This document shows positions 1-8,570 of a DNA stretch of 64,000 nucleotides, in pieces; position 1 is the first letter of the stretch, and every line of letters begins with the position of its first letter. The notes under the pieces were generated by a model. It was not told where the DNA came from, made no database searches, and saw nothing but the letters and a program-made list of their open reading frames with translations. The DNA is taken from positions 90,964 through 154,963 of the forward strand of contig DHWF01000051.1 in the NCBI GenBank assembly GCA_002413045.1. The letters run 5' to 3'. The translations under genes were made by a program, and so were the position numbers. This DNA is from Chloroflexi bacterium UBA5189 (GTDB taxonomy: Bacteria > Chloroflexota > Limnocylindria > Limnocylindrales > CSP1-4).

Positions 1-680
1 AGTCGCTGACGTTCCGGCTCGTCGAGCGCAGGGACACCTTCCCCGGGATCGGCGCGGTCGCCGCATTCACGGTCGTCCCGTATGACTGGGTCAAGGCGGC
101 GATCGGGGCCGGCCTCGCGTCGCCGTCGACGCTCTGGTTGCGGGCGTCCAGCGGACTGGCCGCACCGCTGGCGGCGGAGATCGCCGCGGTGGGGGAGGCG
201 GCCCGGGTCGTGTCCCGGTACGACGCGTACGCGGCGCTCCGCGACGCGCCGTTCGGGGCCGTGATCGAGGCCGGGTACGGAGCGGCCCTGGTGACCGCGG
301 CGATCTACATGGCGATGACGATCATCGGGGCGGTGATCCTGTCCGCGGCGCGCCGAACCCGCGACCTCGCGTTTCTGCGAACCCTCGGGGTTACCGACCT
401 CCAGCGGCTGGCCCTCACCGTCATGGAGCACGCCCCGCCCGTCGTGCTGGCGATCGTACCGGGGGTGGCCCTCGGGATCGGCATCGCCGTGCTGTGTGCG
501 CCCGGCCTCGGGCTCGACACATTCGTCGGGGCGACCGGCGTGCCGCTGTACGTCGACGTGCCCGCCCTCGCGATCATGGTCGCGGCCCTCGTCGGCGTGG
601 TCGCCGCGGCGGTCGCGGCCGGAACGTGGCTGTCCAGTCGGGCGCGGCTGGCCGACGCGCTGCGCATCGGCGACGATTGA
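1..680 (+). CDS. ABC transporter permease, FtsX-like, C-terminal part (5' end outside window)
   Basis: The reading frame starting at position 3 is open to the window edge. It encodes a C-terminal FtsX-type TM bundle (RRTRDLAFLRTLGVTDLQ, several hydrophobic helices). Two ABC ATPase genes follow directly. Confidence 0.8.
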   Translation, partial: SLTFRLVERRDTFPGIGAVAAFTVVPYDWVKAAIGAGLASPSTLWLRASSGLAAPLAAEIAAVGEAARVVSRYDAYAALRDAPFGAVIEAGYGAALVTAAIYMAMTIIGAVILSAARRTRDLAFLRTLGVTDLQRLALTVMEHAPPVVLAIVPGVALGIGIAVLCAPGLGLDTFVGATGVPLYVDVPALAIMVAALVGVVAAAVAAGTWLSSRARLADALRIGDD

Positions 681-696
681 CGACCATGGAGGACGC

Positions 697-1755
697 ATGA
701 GCCAGGACCGCGCGGAGATCGTCGACCTGCCGTCGAGCAGCGCACCACGCGGCGGCGCGCCACGCGACGTGTCGAAGGAGCCGGCCCGACCCGCGGTCGA
801 GTCGCGTTCGCCGCTCGGGGCCGGCGCGCTGATCGTGTGCGACAACCTGGTCAAGATCTACAAGGTCGCCGACCTCGAGGTGGTGGCGCTCCAGGGCCTC
901 GACCTGCTCATCGAGCCCGGCGAGTTCATCGCGCTGGTCGGGGCGTCGGGCAGCGGCAAGAGCACGCTGATGAACATCCTGGGCGGGCTCGACGTTCCGT
1001 CGGCGGGTCGGGCGGTCGTGGCCGGCCACGCGCTCGGTGACATGGGCCGCAGGGAGCGCTCCGAATACCGGCGCCGGGTGATCGGGTTCGTCTGGCAGCA
1101 GACGGCGCGCAACCTGCTCCGCTACCTCACGGCCCGCCAGAACGTGGAGCTGCCGATGCTGCTGAACGGCGTCGGTAAAGGAGAGCGCGAGGAGCGTTCG
1201 GCGGACCTGCTGGCCCGCGTCGGGCTGGCGGAGCGCGGCGATCACCGGCCGGAGCGCCTGTCGGGCGGCGAGCAGCAGCGCGTCGCCATCGCCGTCGCGC
1301 TGGCCAACCGGCCCGCGGTCCTCTTCGCGGATGAGCCGACCGGCGAGCTCGACACGGCCACGGCGCGTGAGGTGTTCGACCTGCTCCGCGGCGTCAACCA
1401 GGAGCTCGGCGTCACGATCGTGGTCGTGACCCACGACCCGCTCGTGAGCGAGCAGGTCAGTCGCACGATCGCCATCCGCGACGGGCGGACGAGCACGGAG
1501 ACGCTTCGCCGGCGCGCCGTGACCGACGCGGGCGACCACCACGTGATCAGCGAGGAGTACGCGGTGCTCGATCGAGTCGGGCGCCTCCAGCTGCCGCGCG
1601 CCCACGTGGAGGCGCTGGGTCTGGAGCGGCGCGTCCGCCTCGCGCTCGAGCCGGACCACATCAGCGTGTGGCCGGATCGCGACCGCTCGGCGGACCCCGA
1701 CGACCACGGCGACCAGCACCTCGACCACACAGGCAAGCCCGGCGAGATCGTGTGA
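697..1755 (+). CDS. ABC transporter ATP-binding protein with C-terminal SpoVT/AbrB-like extension
   Basis: ATG at 697 inside ORF 496..1755. Walker A GASGSGKST, signature LSGGEQQRVAIA, Walker B VLFADEPT. A ~110-aa tail contains GRLQLPRAHVEALGLERRVRLALEPDHISVWP. Confidence 0.9.
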   Translation: MSQDRAEIVDLPSSSAPRGGAPRDVSKEPARPAVESRSPLGAGALIVCDNLVKIYKVADLEVVALQGLDLLIEPGEFIALVGASGSGKSTLMNILGGLDVPSAGRAVVAGHALGDMGRRERSEYRRRVIGFVWQQTARNLLRYLTARQNVELPMLLNGVGKGEREERSADLLARVGLAERGDHRPERLSGGEQQRVAIAVALANRPAVLFADEPTGELDTATAREVFDLLRGVNQELGVTIVVVTHDPLVSEQVSRTIAIRDGRTSTETLRRRAVTDAGDHHVISEEYAVLDRVGRLQLPRAHVEALGLERRVRLALEPDHISVWPDRDRSADPDDHGDQHLDHTGKPGEIV

Positions 1756-2501
1756 TGCGCGACCTCCAGTACGCGCCACCGGAGCGCCGCCTCGCCGACG
1801 AGTCGGGCCGGGCGCCGATGGTCGAGACGCATGACCTGTCGCGCGACTACCCGATGCCCGGCGGCGTGGTCCGCGCGGTCCGCGAGGTGAGCGTGCGGGT
1901 CGGCCATGGCCAGCTCGTGGCCCTGCGCGGCCGGTCCGGATCCGGCAAGACGACGCTCCTGTCGATGATCGGGGCGCTGGACCGGCCGACCCGCGGCAGC
2001 GTGGCCGTGGACGGGCTGGTGGTCTCCGACCTGCCGGAATCGCAGCTGATCGCGTTCCGGCGCACGAACATCGGGTTCATCTTCCAGGCATTCGGGCTCA
2101 TGCCGATCCTGTCAGCCGCGGAGAACGTCGAGGTGCCGCTCCGGCTGGTCCGCTCCGATCCGAAGGAGCGCGACCAGCGCGTCCTGGAGCTGCTCGAGCT
2201 CGTGGGCCTCGGCGGCCGCGCGAACCACCGGCCGCACGAGCTGTCGGGTGGTGAGCAGCAGCGGGTTGCCGTCGCGCGCGCACTGGCCAATCGCCCGGAC
2301 CTGCTCCTCGCCGATGAACCGACCGGCCAGCTCGACTCGAGCACCGGCCGCGCGATCATGGTCCTCCTCCAGCAGCTGATCCGGAGCGAGGGCGTGACGG
2401 CCATCGTCGCCACCCACGACCCGATGCTCATCGATCTCGCGGACCGGGTGATCGAGCTGCAGGACGGGCGCGTCGTCGACGACAGCCGGCCGACGGCCTG
2501 A
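1755..2501 (+). CDS. ABC transporter ATP-binding protein (MacB/LolD-like)
   Basis: ATG at 1755 shares its A with the last base of the upstream TGA stop (1753..1755; GTGATG). Walker A GRSGSGKTT, signature LSGGEQQRVAVARA, Walker B LLLADEPT. Confidence 0.9.
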   Translation: MRDLQYAPPERRLADESGRAPMVETHDLSRDYPMPGGVVRAVREVSVRVGHGQLVALRGRSGSGKTTLLSMIGALDRPTRGSVAVDGLVVSDLPESQLIAFRRTNIGFIFQAFGLMPILSAAENVEVPLRLVRSDPKERDQRVLELLELVGLGGRANHRPHELSGGEQQRVAVARALANRPDLLLADEPTGQLDSSTGRAIMVLLQQLIRSEGVTAIVATHDPMLIDLADRVIELQDGRVVDDSRPTA

Positions 2502-2527
2502 TCGAGGCGCGCCGGTATCCTTCGCCG

Positions 2528-3856
2528 GTGCCATCCACGAGAACCGCCGCGAAGACGTCGTCGAACCTGATCGACCTCGAGGTGCCCATCGAGCGGGCGT
2601 TCCTGATCGCCGTCGACACGGGCGCCGAGGATGGCTGGAACGCCGAGGACTCGCTCGCCGAGCTGGCGAACCTCGCGCTGACCGCGGGAGCCGAGGTGGT
2701 CGGCGCCGAGTGGCAGAACCGACGGCACGTCGATCCGCACTGGTACGTGGGCAAAGGCAAGGCCGAGGACCTCGTCGCGGCCAAGTCGGAGACCGGCTTC
2801 GACCTGCTCGTCGCCGACGACGAGCTCTCGCCGACCCAGCAGAAGACGCTCGAGGACCTGGTCAAGACGAAGGTCATCGATCGGAGCCGACTGATCCTGG
2901 ACATCTTCGCCCAGCACGCACGCACGCACGAGGGCCGGCTCCAGGTCGAGCTGGCGCAGCTCGAGTACCAGCTTCCGCGGCTCACCAAGCTGTGGACCCA
3001 CCTGTCGCGGACCCAGGGCGGCATCGGGTCACGGGGTCCGGGCGAGAGCCAGCTCGAGACGGACCGCCGGATCATCCGCGACCGGATCAAGAAGATGAAG
3101 GAGCGGGTCGACGACGTGCGCAAGGCGCGCGAGACCGCCTCGCGCGGCCGCGATCGACGCCTGATGCCCACGGTCGGAATCGTCGGCTACACGAACTCCG
3201 GCAAGTCGACGCTGCTCAACTCGCTCGTCGGCAGCACGGTGACCCTCGCCGAGGACAAGCTGTTCGCGACCCTCGACCCGACGTCGCGCCAGGTCCGGCT
3301 CGGCGACGGCCAGACGGCGATCCTGACCGACACGGTGGGGTTCATCCACAAGCTCCCGCACCAGCTCGTCGACGCGTTCCGGGCGACCCTTGAAGAGGTG
3401 AATCGCGCCGACGTGCTGATCGAGGTCGTCGACGTCGCCGATGCCCACGCGACCGAGCACCGCGCCACGGTCCAGGCGGTCCTCGACGAGCTGGGCGCCG
3501 GCGACAAGCCGCGCCTCGTCGCCTGGAACAAGGCGGACCTGCTCGCGTCGGCCGCGAGCGACCGGGCAGGGGAGGCCCCGGCGGTGGCGGGCACCGTGAT
3601 GGTCTCCGCGCTGACCGGGTTCGGGCTGGACACGTTGCGCCTGGAGCTGTCCGCGCTGCTTGCCACGCTCTGGGAGGACGTCGATGTCCGATTGCCGTAC
3701 ACCGCGGGCGAACTGCTCGCCCGCGTGCGCGAGCGGGGCACGATCGAGCTGGACTACGGCGACCGCGATGTGCGGGTCCACGGACGCGTCGCGCCGGCCC
3801 TGGCGGCCGAGCTTCGTGGACGGACTGTGGACGGAAGCACGGAATTGCCGTCCTGA
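2528..3856 (+). CDS. hflX: GTPase HflX
   Basis: HflX N-domain motifs (RLILDIFAQHARTHEGRLQVELAQLEYQLPRL, GGIGSRGPGESQLETDRR). G1 GYTNSGKSTLLN, G3 DTVGF, G4 NKAD. Confidence 0.92.
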   Translation: MPSTRTAAKTSSNLIDLEVPIERAFLIAVDTGAEDGWNAEDSLAELANLALTAGAEVVGAEWQNRRHVDPHWYVGKGKAEDLVAAKSETGFDLLVADDELSPTQQKTLEDLVKTKVIDRSRLILDIFAQHARTHEGRLQVELAQLEYQLPRLTKLWTHLSRTQGGIGSRGPGESQLETDRRIIRDRIKKMKERVDDVRKARETASRGRDRRLMPTVGIVGYTNSGKSTLLNSLVGSTVTLAEDKLFATLDPTSRQVRLGDGQTAILTDTVGFIHKLPHQLVDAFRATLEEVNRADVLIEVVDVADAHATEHRATVQAVLDELGAGDKPRLVAWNKADLLASAASDRAGEAPAVAGTVMVSALTGFGLDTLRLELSALLATLWEDVDVRLPYTAGELLARVRERGTIELDYGDRDVRVHGRVAPALAAELRGRTVDGSTELPS

Positions 3857-4040
3857 ACTTCGAAACTCGTGGATAAGTGGGTTCCGGCCGCCGGGACCCC
3901 CCGGGTACATTACGTCTTGCCCAGAGGGGCCAACGAAAACCTGACGGACCCGCCGGTGCTTGCATCGGCACCCGAACCTCGTGCTTGCATGAGGGGAGGG
4001 GGTACGAGAAGGAAGCGGCGGTTCCTCTGGGCGTTTCGTT
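3813..4040 (+). repeat. Copy 1 of a diverged ~230-nt direct repeat; candidate structured RNA or leader. Overlaps the last 11 codons of hflX.
   Basis: Aligns blockwise with 4990..5220. Shared blocks: TTCGTGGACGGrCTGTGGACG, GGAAT, CTCGTGGATAAG, GGTACATTACGTCTTGCCC-GAGGGGCC, GGTGCTTGCA, GCGGTTCCT-GGGCGTTTCGTT. CUUG-loop hairpins at 3953..3968 and 3978..3993. Confidence 0.6.
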
Positions 4041-4089
4041 ATGCGCGGAACGGCTTCCGGCCGGCGGGCGACGCGCCATCATTGGCGAC

Positions 4090-4983
4090 ATGACCGACCC
4101 CCACGCGACGCCCCACCAGATCACCACCCCGGACGGCCGCTTGCTGGACCTGTGGCTGGCCGGCCCGCCCGATGGCGACCCGCTCGTCTTCCACTCCGGC
4201 ACGCCGGGCGCGGGCGTGCCCTTCGGCTGGCACGTCCGAAACCTCGCCGAGCGCAACCTGCGCTACGTCAGCGCGTCGCGACCCGGCTACGGCGACTCGA
4301 CCCGGCGCTAGGGCCGCTCCGTCGCCGATGTCGTCGACGACACCCAGGCGGTGCTGGACCACCTCGGTGCCGAGCGGGCGTGGGTCGTCGGCTGGTCCGG
4401 AGGCGGTCCCCACGCGCTGGCGTGCGCCGCGCTCATGCCCGAGCGCGTCCGCGGGACCGCGCTCATCGCGAGCGTCGCGCCGTACCCGGCCGAGGGCCTG
4501 GACTACCTCGCCGGCATGGGCGCGGAGAACGTCGAGGAGTTCTCGGCGGCGCTCGCCGGCCCCGAGGCGCTGATCCCGTTCAAGGAGCGCGCGATCCTGC
4601 AGTTCCGGGACATGTCGCCGGACGACGTCGCGTCGGGGTTCGGCGACCTCGTCGACGAGGTCGATCGCGGCTCGGTCACCGGCGAGCTCGCGGCGTACCT
4701 CGCCGCACTGTTCCACGAGGGCCTCCGGACCTCGTACTGGGGCTGGTTCGACGACGACATGGCGTTCATCAAGCCGTGGGGCTTTGACGTGGCCTCGATC
4801 CAGGCCCCGGTCCACGTCTGGCAGGGCGCCCACGACCGGATGGTGCCGTTCGCCCATGGCGAGTGGCTGGCCGGGCATCTCGGCAACGCCCGCCCGCACC
4901 TGTTGACCGACCACGGGCACTTGACCCTCGTCGTCGACACGTTCCCGCAGATCCTCGACGAGCTGCTCCGCGGCGCCGGGTGA
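4090..4983 (+). pseudogene. alpha/beta hydrolase interrupted by one in-frame TAG (4309..4311)
   Basis: ORFs 3877..4311 and 4351..4983 are in the same frame and read through as ...PGYGDSTRR*GRSVADVVDD... The nucleophile elbow GWSGGG and C-terminal DHGH are intact. ATG at 4090. Confidence 0.75.
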
Positions 4984-4989
4984 CCGGTG

Positions 4990-5220
4990 TTCGTGGACGG
5001 GCTGTGGACGTGAACACCGGAATCGCTCTGCGAACTCGGAATCTCGTGGATAAGCCGCTTCCGGGACCCGCGGCCGCGCCGGTACATTACGTCTTGCCCG
5101 GAGGGGCCCTGAGCGATCAGGGTGGACCGGTCGATGCTCGCATCGACAGCCGGTCCGGTGCTTGCACCGGATAGGTGGTCCGCCCAGAGCGCCACAGCGG
5201 TTCCTTCGGGCGTTTCGTTG
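4990..5220 (+). repeat. Copy 2 of the ~230-nt direct repeat; candidate structured RNA or 5' leader of the CPBP gene
   Basis: Same conserved blocks as 3813..4040. Nested hairpin 5124..5156 (GGACCGG/CCGGTCC outer stem, TCGATG-CTCG-CATCGA inner stem). CUUG-loop hairpin ~5154..5171. Confidence 0.6.
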
Positions 5221-5284
5221 TGTCCGGCCACCGCCGCAGGCCGCGGCCAACCGGCCGCGCGGCAGGCCAGGGGAGGGCGGCGTC

Positions 5285-6157
5285 GTGAGCGGGCTCGCCG
5301 GCTCCAGCGGGCCGCGCCGGATCGCGGGATGGTCGGGCGTCCCCTTCACCTCGCGGCTGCCGGCGCTCGGGCTGGTTGCCGTCGTCGGGATCGCGGCGGT
5401 CGTACGCGAGACCGCTCCGTTCGTGTTCGTCGGCATCCTGTTCATCTACCTGTTCACGCGCCGGTTCGGTACGCGCTCGACGGCCCTCGCCGCCGTCCTC
5501 CCCGCCGCCGCGATCCTCGTCTGGCGTGCACTGCCGCAGCCGCTCGCGACCGCCGGCGCCGCGGACTGCGCGAACCTCCTCTCGCCGCCGGCGGTGTGGC
5601 GCTTCGCCGAGGCGTTCATCGGGCTCGCGGCGATCGCCCTCCTCGTGCTGGATCGCCGGACGTCGCTCGCCGAGCTCGGATTCCGGCGCGGCTCGCGGCG
5701 GGTGCAGCTGCTCGCGCTCGGCACCCTCGTCGTCGTCACGCCGATCGCCCTGAATGCCGGAACCCTGCTCGGCAACGCGAGCCTGGGCGGCCTGTTCTTC
5801 GGCACCTATACCCTCGACCTGACCCAGCCGCTGGCGTTCGTGCCGGCCATCGTCTTCGCGGCGTCGAACGCGTTCGCCGAGGAGCTCGCCTACCGCGGCG
5901 CGATGCGCACGTGGCTCGTTCCCAGCCTCGGCGTCGTCGGCGCGAACCTCGCCCAGGCCGTCGTGTTCGGGCTGGCACACACGGGCTCGGACTTCGTCGA
6001 TGCGCAGAGCGCGATCCCGGTGATGCTCGCGATGATCGTCGTCGGCTTCATCGGCGGTGTCATCGCCAGGCGGACGAACTCGCTGACGGTGCTCGTCGCG
6101 TTCCACCTCGCCGCCGACATCCCGATCTACTTCTTCTGGGCCTGCCGAATCGGCTAG
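5285..6157 (+). CDS. CPBP family intramembrane glutamic endopeptidase (CAAX protease/Abi-like)
   Basis: Multi-TM protein with CPBP motifs AEELAYRG, FGLAHT and FHLAAD. GTG at 5285 is preceded by GGGAGGG. The upstream part of ORF 5162.. lies inside the repeat element. Confidence 0.8.
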   Translation: MSGLAGSSGPRRIAGWSGVPFTSRLPALGLVAVVGIAAVVRETAPFVFVGILFIYLFTRRFGTRSTALAAVLPAAAILVWRALPQPLATAGAADCANLLSPPAVWRFAEAFIGLAAIALLVLDRRTSLAELGFRRGSRRVQLLALGTLVVVTPIALNAGTLLGNASLGGLFFGTYTLDLTQPLAFVPAIVFAASNAFAEELAYRGAMRTWLVPSLGVVGANLAQAVVFGLAHTGSDFVDAQSAIPVMLAMIVVGFIGGVIARRTNSLTVLVAFHLAADIPIYFFWACRIG

Positions 6158-6166
6158 GGTGCGCGC

Positions 6167-7153
6167 ATGTCGATCAGCTTCGGCGGGTTCGGGTTCAGCT
6201 CCCACAGCGGCCATGCGCCGTCCCCATTCGATGCGCTGAACGGCGGCCGGCTGGCGGGCTCGTCGAGCAGCCACCCGCTCCACGACGTCGGGATCGAGGA
6301 GCTCCTCAAGTCCGTCGACGGTCCGATCTCGGGCTCGATCACGATCGACGGGCAGGTCCGGGTCGGCGATCCGATCAACGGCACGATCGATCTCCTGGCC
6401 ATGGAAGCCATCGACGCGCGCCACGCTTACCTGCGGCTCGTCGGCCTGCGGCTCGTCGAGGAGCGCAAGAGCGAGTCCCACCGCACCGGCAACACCACCA
6501 CCACCGAGAGCTGGGTCGAGGCGGACGGCAGCCTGTTCGTGGAGAGCCCGTTCCTGGAGCCGGCGATCCCCGCGCAGATGGCGGCCGGGGCCGAGTTCAA
6601 GGCGTCCTTCGCCATCCCCGGGCCGCCGCTCGGTCCGCCGACCGCGCATCTCGGCGAGGCGATCGTGGCGTGGGCGGTCGAGGTCCGGTTCGACATCCCC
6701 ATGGGCGCCGACTTCCATCTGGCGACCCTCCTGCCGATCGAGCAGAACCCTGACCTGCTGGCGGCCGGAGTCGGGGACCAGGGCGGCCAGTCGATGCTGG
6801 CCTCGATGGATGTCGGCGGCGGCACGATCAGCGTCCAATCGGCGTTGCCGGCGAAACCGGGCTCGAGCCTCATCGTGCAGGCGACGTGGCCGAGCGCGGG
6901 CTCCGGATCCGGCCGGATCGAGCTGCACCGCCGCTCGAGCGCGCCGAACGGGGTCAACACGGTGATGGCGTCGTGGAACGTCACCGGCGCGGAGCTCGCC
7001 TCCGGCGCCGCGCGTGCGGAGCTTGCACTTCCGGCCGACATCGCGCCCTCGTTCGACGGGGCCAATCTCAGTCTCGGCTACATCGTCCGGGTCCTCGTCG
7101 ACCGCCGCTTCATGCCGGACAACGCGATCGAACGCCCGGTGGCCGTCGTCTGA
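6167..7153 (+). CDS. hypothetical protein, two-lobed arrestin/Spo0M-like beta-sandwich (inferred)
   Basis: High-GC3 ORF starting 10 nt after the CPBP gene. Two repeated beta-rich halves show the Spo0M/arrestin-like pattern (GSITIDGQVRVGDPINGTIDL...; ...LSLGYIVRVLVDRRF). Confidence 0.6.
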   Translation: MSISFGGFGFSSHSGHAPSPFDALNGGRLAGSSSSHPLHDVGIEELLKSVDGPISGSITIDGQVRVGDPINGTIDLLAMEAIDARHAYLRLVGLRLVEERKSESHRTGNTTTTESWVEADGSLFVESPFLEPAIPAQMAAGAEFKASFAIPGPPLGPPTAHLGEAIVAWAVEVRFDIPMGADFHLATLLPIEQNPDLLAAGVGDQGGQSMLASMDVGGGTISVQSALPAKPGSSLIVQATWPSAGSGSGRIELHRRSSAPNGVNTVMASWNVTGAELASGAARAELALPADIAPSFDGANLSLGYIVRVLVDRRFMPDNAIERPVAVV

Positions 7154-7166
7154 GTACGATGCCCGG

Positions 7167-8108
7167 ATGAAACCTTGGTTTGGGCTGCACCTGCCCCTGT
7201 ACACCTATCCCGGCACGTCCTCCGCCCAGCTGTTCGACCGGGTGGTCGAGCAGGCCCAGGCGGCCGAGTCGAATGGCTTCGGCCTGGTCACGGTGATGGA
7301 CCACCTGTACCAGATCGGCGGGGTCGGCTCGGAGGACGAGCCGATGCTCGAGGGCTGGTCCGTGTTGAACGCCCTGGCGCGCGAGACGAGCTCCGTGCGA
7401 CTCGGAACGCTCGTGACCGGCGTGACCTACCGAAACCCGGCGTTGCTGGCGAAGATGGTCACGACACTGGACATCACCTCGGCCGGCCGCGCGATCCTCG
7501 GCCTTGGGGCCGCCTGGAACGAATCGGAGCACGACGGCTACGGCTACGACTTCCCGCGGGTCGGCGAGCGGATGGACCGGTTAGATGAGGCCCTGACGAT
7601 CGCGAAGGCGATGTTCACCGAGGACCGGCCTTCCTTCGAGGGGAAGCACTACCGCATTCACGAGGCCCACAACGTCCCCAAGCCCGTCCAGCCGGGCGGC
7701 CCGCCCATCCTCATCGGCGGGGGAGGGGAGCAGCGGACGCTCCGCATCGCCGCGAAGCATGCCGACATGACGCACTGGTTCCCGCTCGGCTTCGACATGC
7801 TGCGGCACAAGAACGAGGTCCTCGAGGGCTACTGCGCGGAGATCGGGCGGGATCCGTCGACGATCGAACGGACGATGGCCGCGCCGGCGATCGTTGCCCG
7901 CGACGAGGCGGCCAAGGTGTCGCTCCTGGAGGCCGTGCCGGCCGAGCGCCGGCCGTTCATCAAGGGCGGCACGCCGCAGCAGGCGGCGGAGGTCCTGAAG
8001 CAGTACGTCGACGCCGGGTTCACCGGCTTCACCTTCAACAACAACTACTACAAGACGCCCGAGCAGATCGCGCTCATCGGCGAGGTGCTCCCGCTCATCG
8101 GCGGGTGA
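7167..8108 (+). CDS. LLM class F420-dependent oxidoreductase
   Basis: ATG at 7167. Luciferase-like monooxygenase fold motifs (GFGLVTVMDHL, LGLGAAWNESEH, PPILIGGGGEQRTLRIAAKHADM). Confidence 0.85.
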   Translation: MKPWFGLHLPLYTYPGTSSAQLFDRVVEQAQAAESNGFGLVTVMDHLYQIGGVGSEDEPMLEGWSVLNALARETSSVRLGTLVTGVTYRNPALLAKMVTTLDITSAGRAILGLGAAWNESEHDGYGYDFPRVGERMDRLDEALTIAKAMFTEDRPSFEGKHYRIHEAHNVPKPVQPGGPPILIGGGGEQRTLRIAAKHADMTHWFPLGFDMLRHKNEVLEGYCAEIGRDPSTIERTMAAPAIVARDEAAKVSLLEAVPAERRPFIKGGTPQQAAEVLKQYVDAGFTGFTFNNNYYKTPEQIALIGEVLPLIGG

Positions 8109-8118
8109 GCCGGGATCG

Positions 8119-8511
8119 CTAGCTCGGGGCGATTCGCAGGCGCATGAACTCGGTGACGCGCATGAGCCCCAGGAAGAACCGAACCGGCTGGGGCATCTGG
8201 CGCCGCCGCGGGTCGACGAACAGCTCGGGCTCGACCAGGTGGACCGTCCGCCCGCGGGTCAGCAAGTCGCAGCCGCCGGCGGCCAGCACGTTCTTGACCC
8301 ACTGGACATCGGAGCCATAGGTCAGCGCGAGCACGTACGAGTCGCCGTCGCGGAAGACGTTCATTGGCGTGCGATACGGCTTGCCCGACGTTCGTCCGCG
8401 GTAGACCAGGATCCCGAAGCCGGGGAGCCGGCCCGCGAACCGCCGCGACACGCGGTTGAACACGTTCGTCGTGAACGGCCGAAGGACCTGGAGCCTGGTC
8501 CGTGGTGGCAT
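8119..8511 (-). CDS. nitroreductase-family deazaflavin (F420H2)-dependent oxidoreductase, DDN-like
   Basis: FNRVSRRFAG...YRGRTSGKPYRTPMNVFRDGDSYVLALTYG...WVKNVLAAG, typical of the PF04075-type family. Confidence 0.8.
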   Translation of the reverse strand: MPPRTRLQVLRPFTTNVFNRVSRRFAGRLPGFGILVYRGRTSGKPYRTPMNVFRDGDSYVLALTYGSDVQWVKNVLAAGGCDLLTRGRTVHLVEPELFVDPRRRQMPQPVRFFLGLMRVTEFMRLRIAPS

Positions 8512-8570
8512 CGCAAGAGGCCGAGGATAGAGCAGGGCGCCAGTTGACTAATGTGGACTAACTCGATACC

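Noticed and set aside
3841-3875. An ECF-sigma-type promoter (GGAAT ... CGT) at the start of both repeat copies
   Set aside because: The spacing between GGAAT and the conserved CTCGTGG block is about 22 nt, longer than the 16-18 nt expected. No GTT or CGTC -10 lies at the right distance.
5117-7204. Very long antisense ORFs (for example 5117..7204 -, 35700..37550 +, 39899..41461 +, 47533..48873 -, 16856..18016 -, 45399..46418 -) that could be taken for large genes
   Set aside because: Their products are R/P/G/A/D-rich low-complexity strings typical of shadow frames in high-GC DNA. The opposite strand carries genes with clear domain motifs and the expected GC3 bias.
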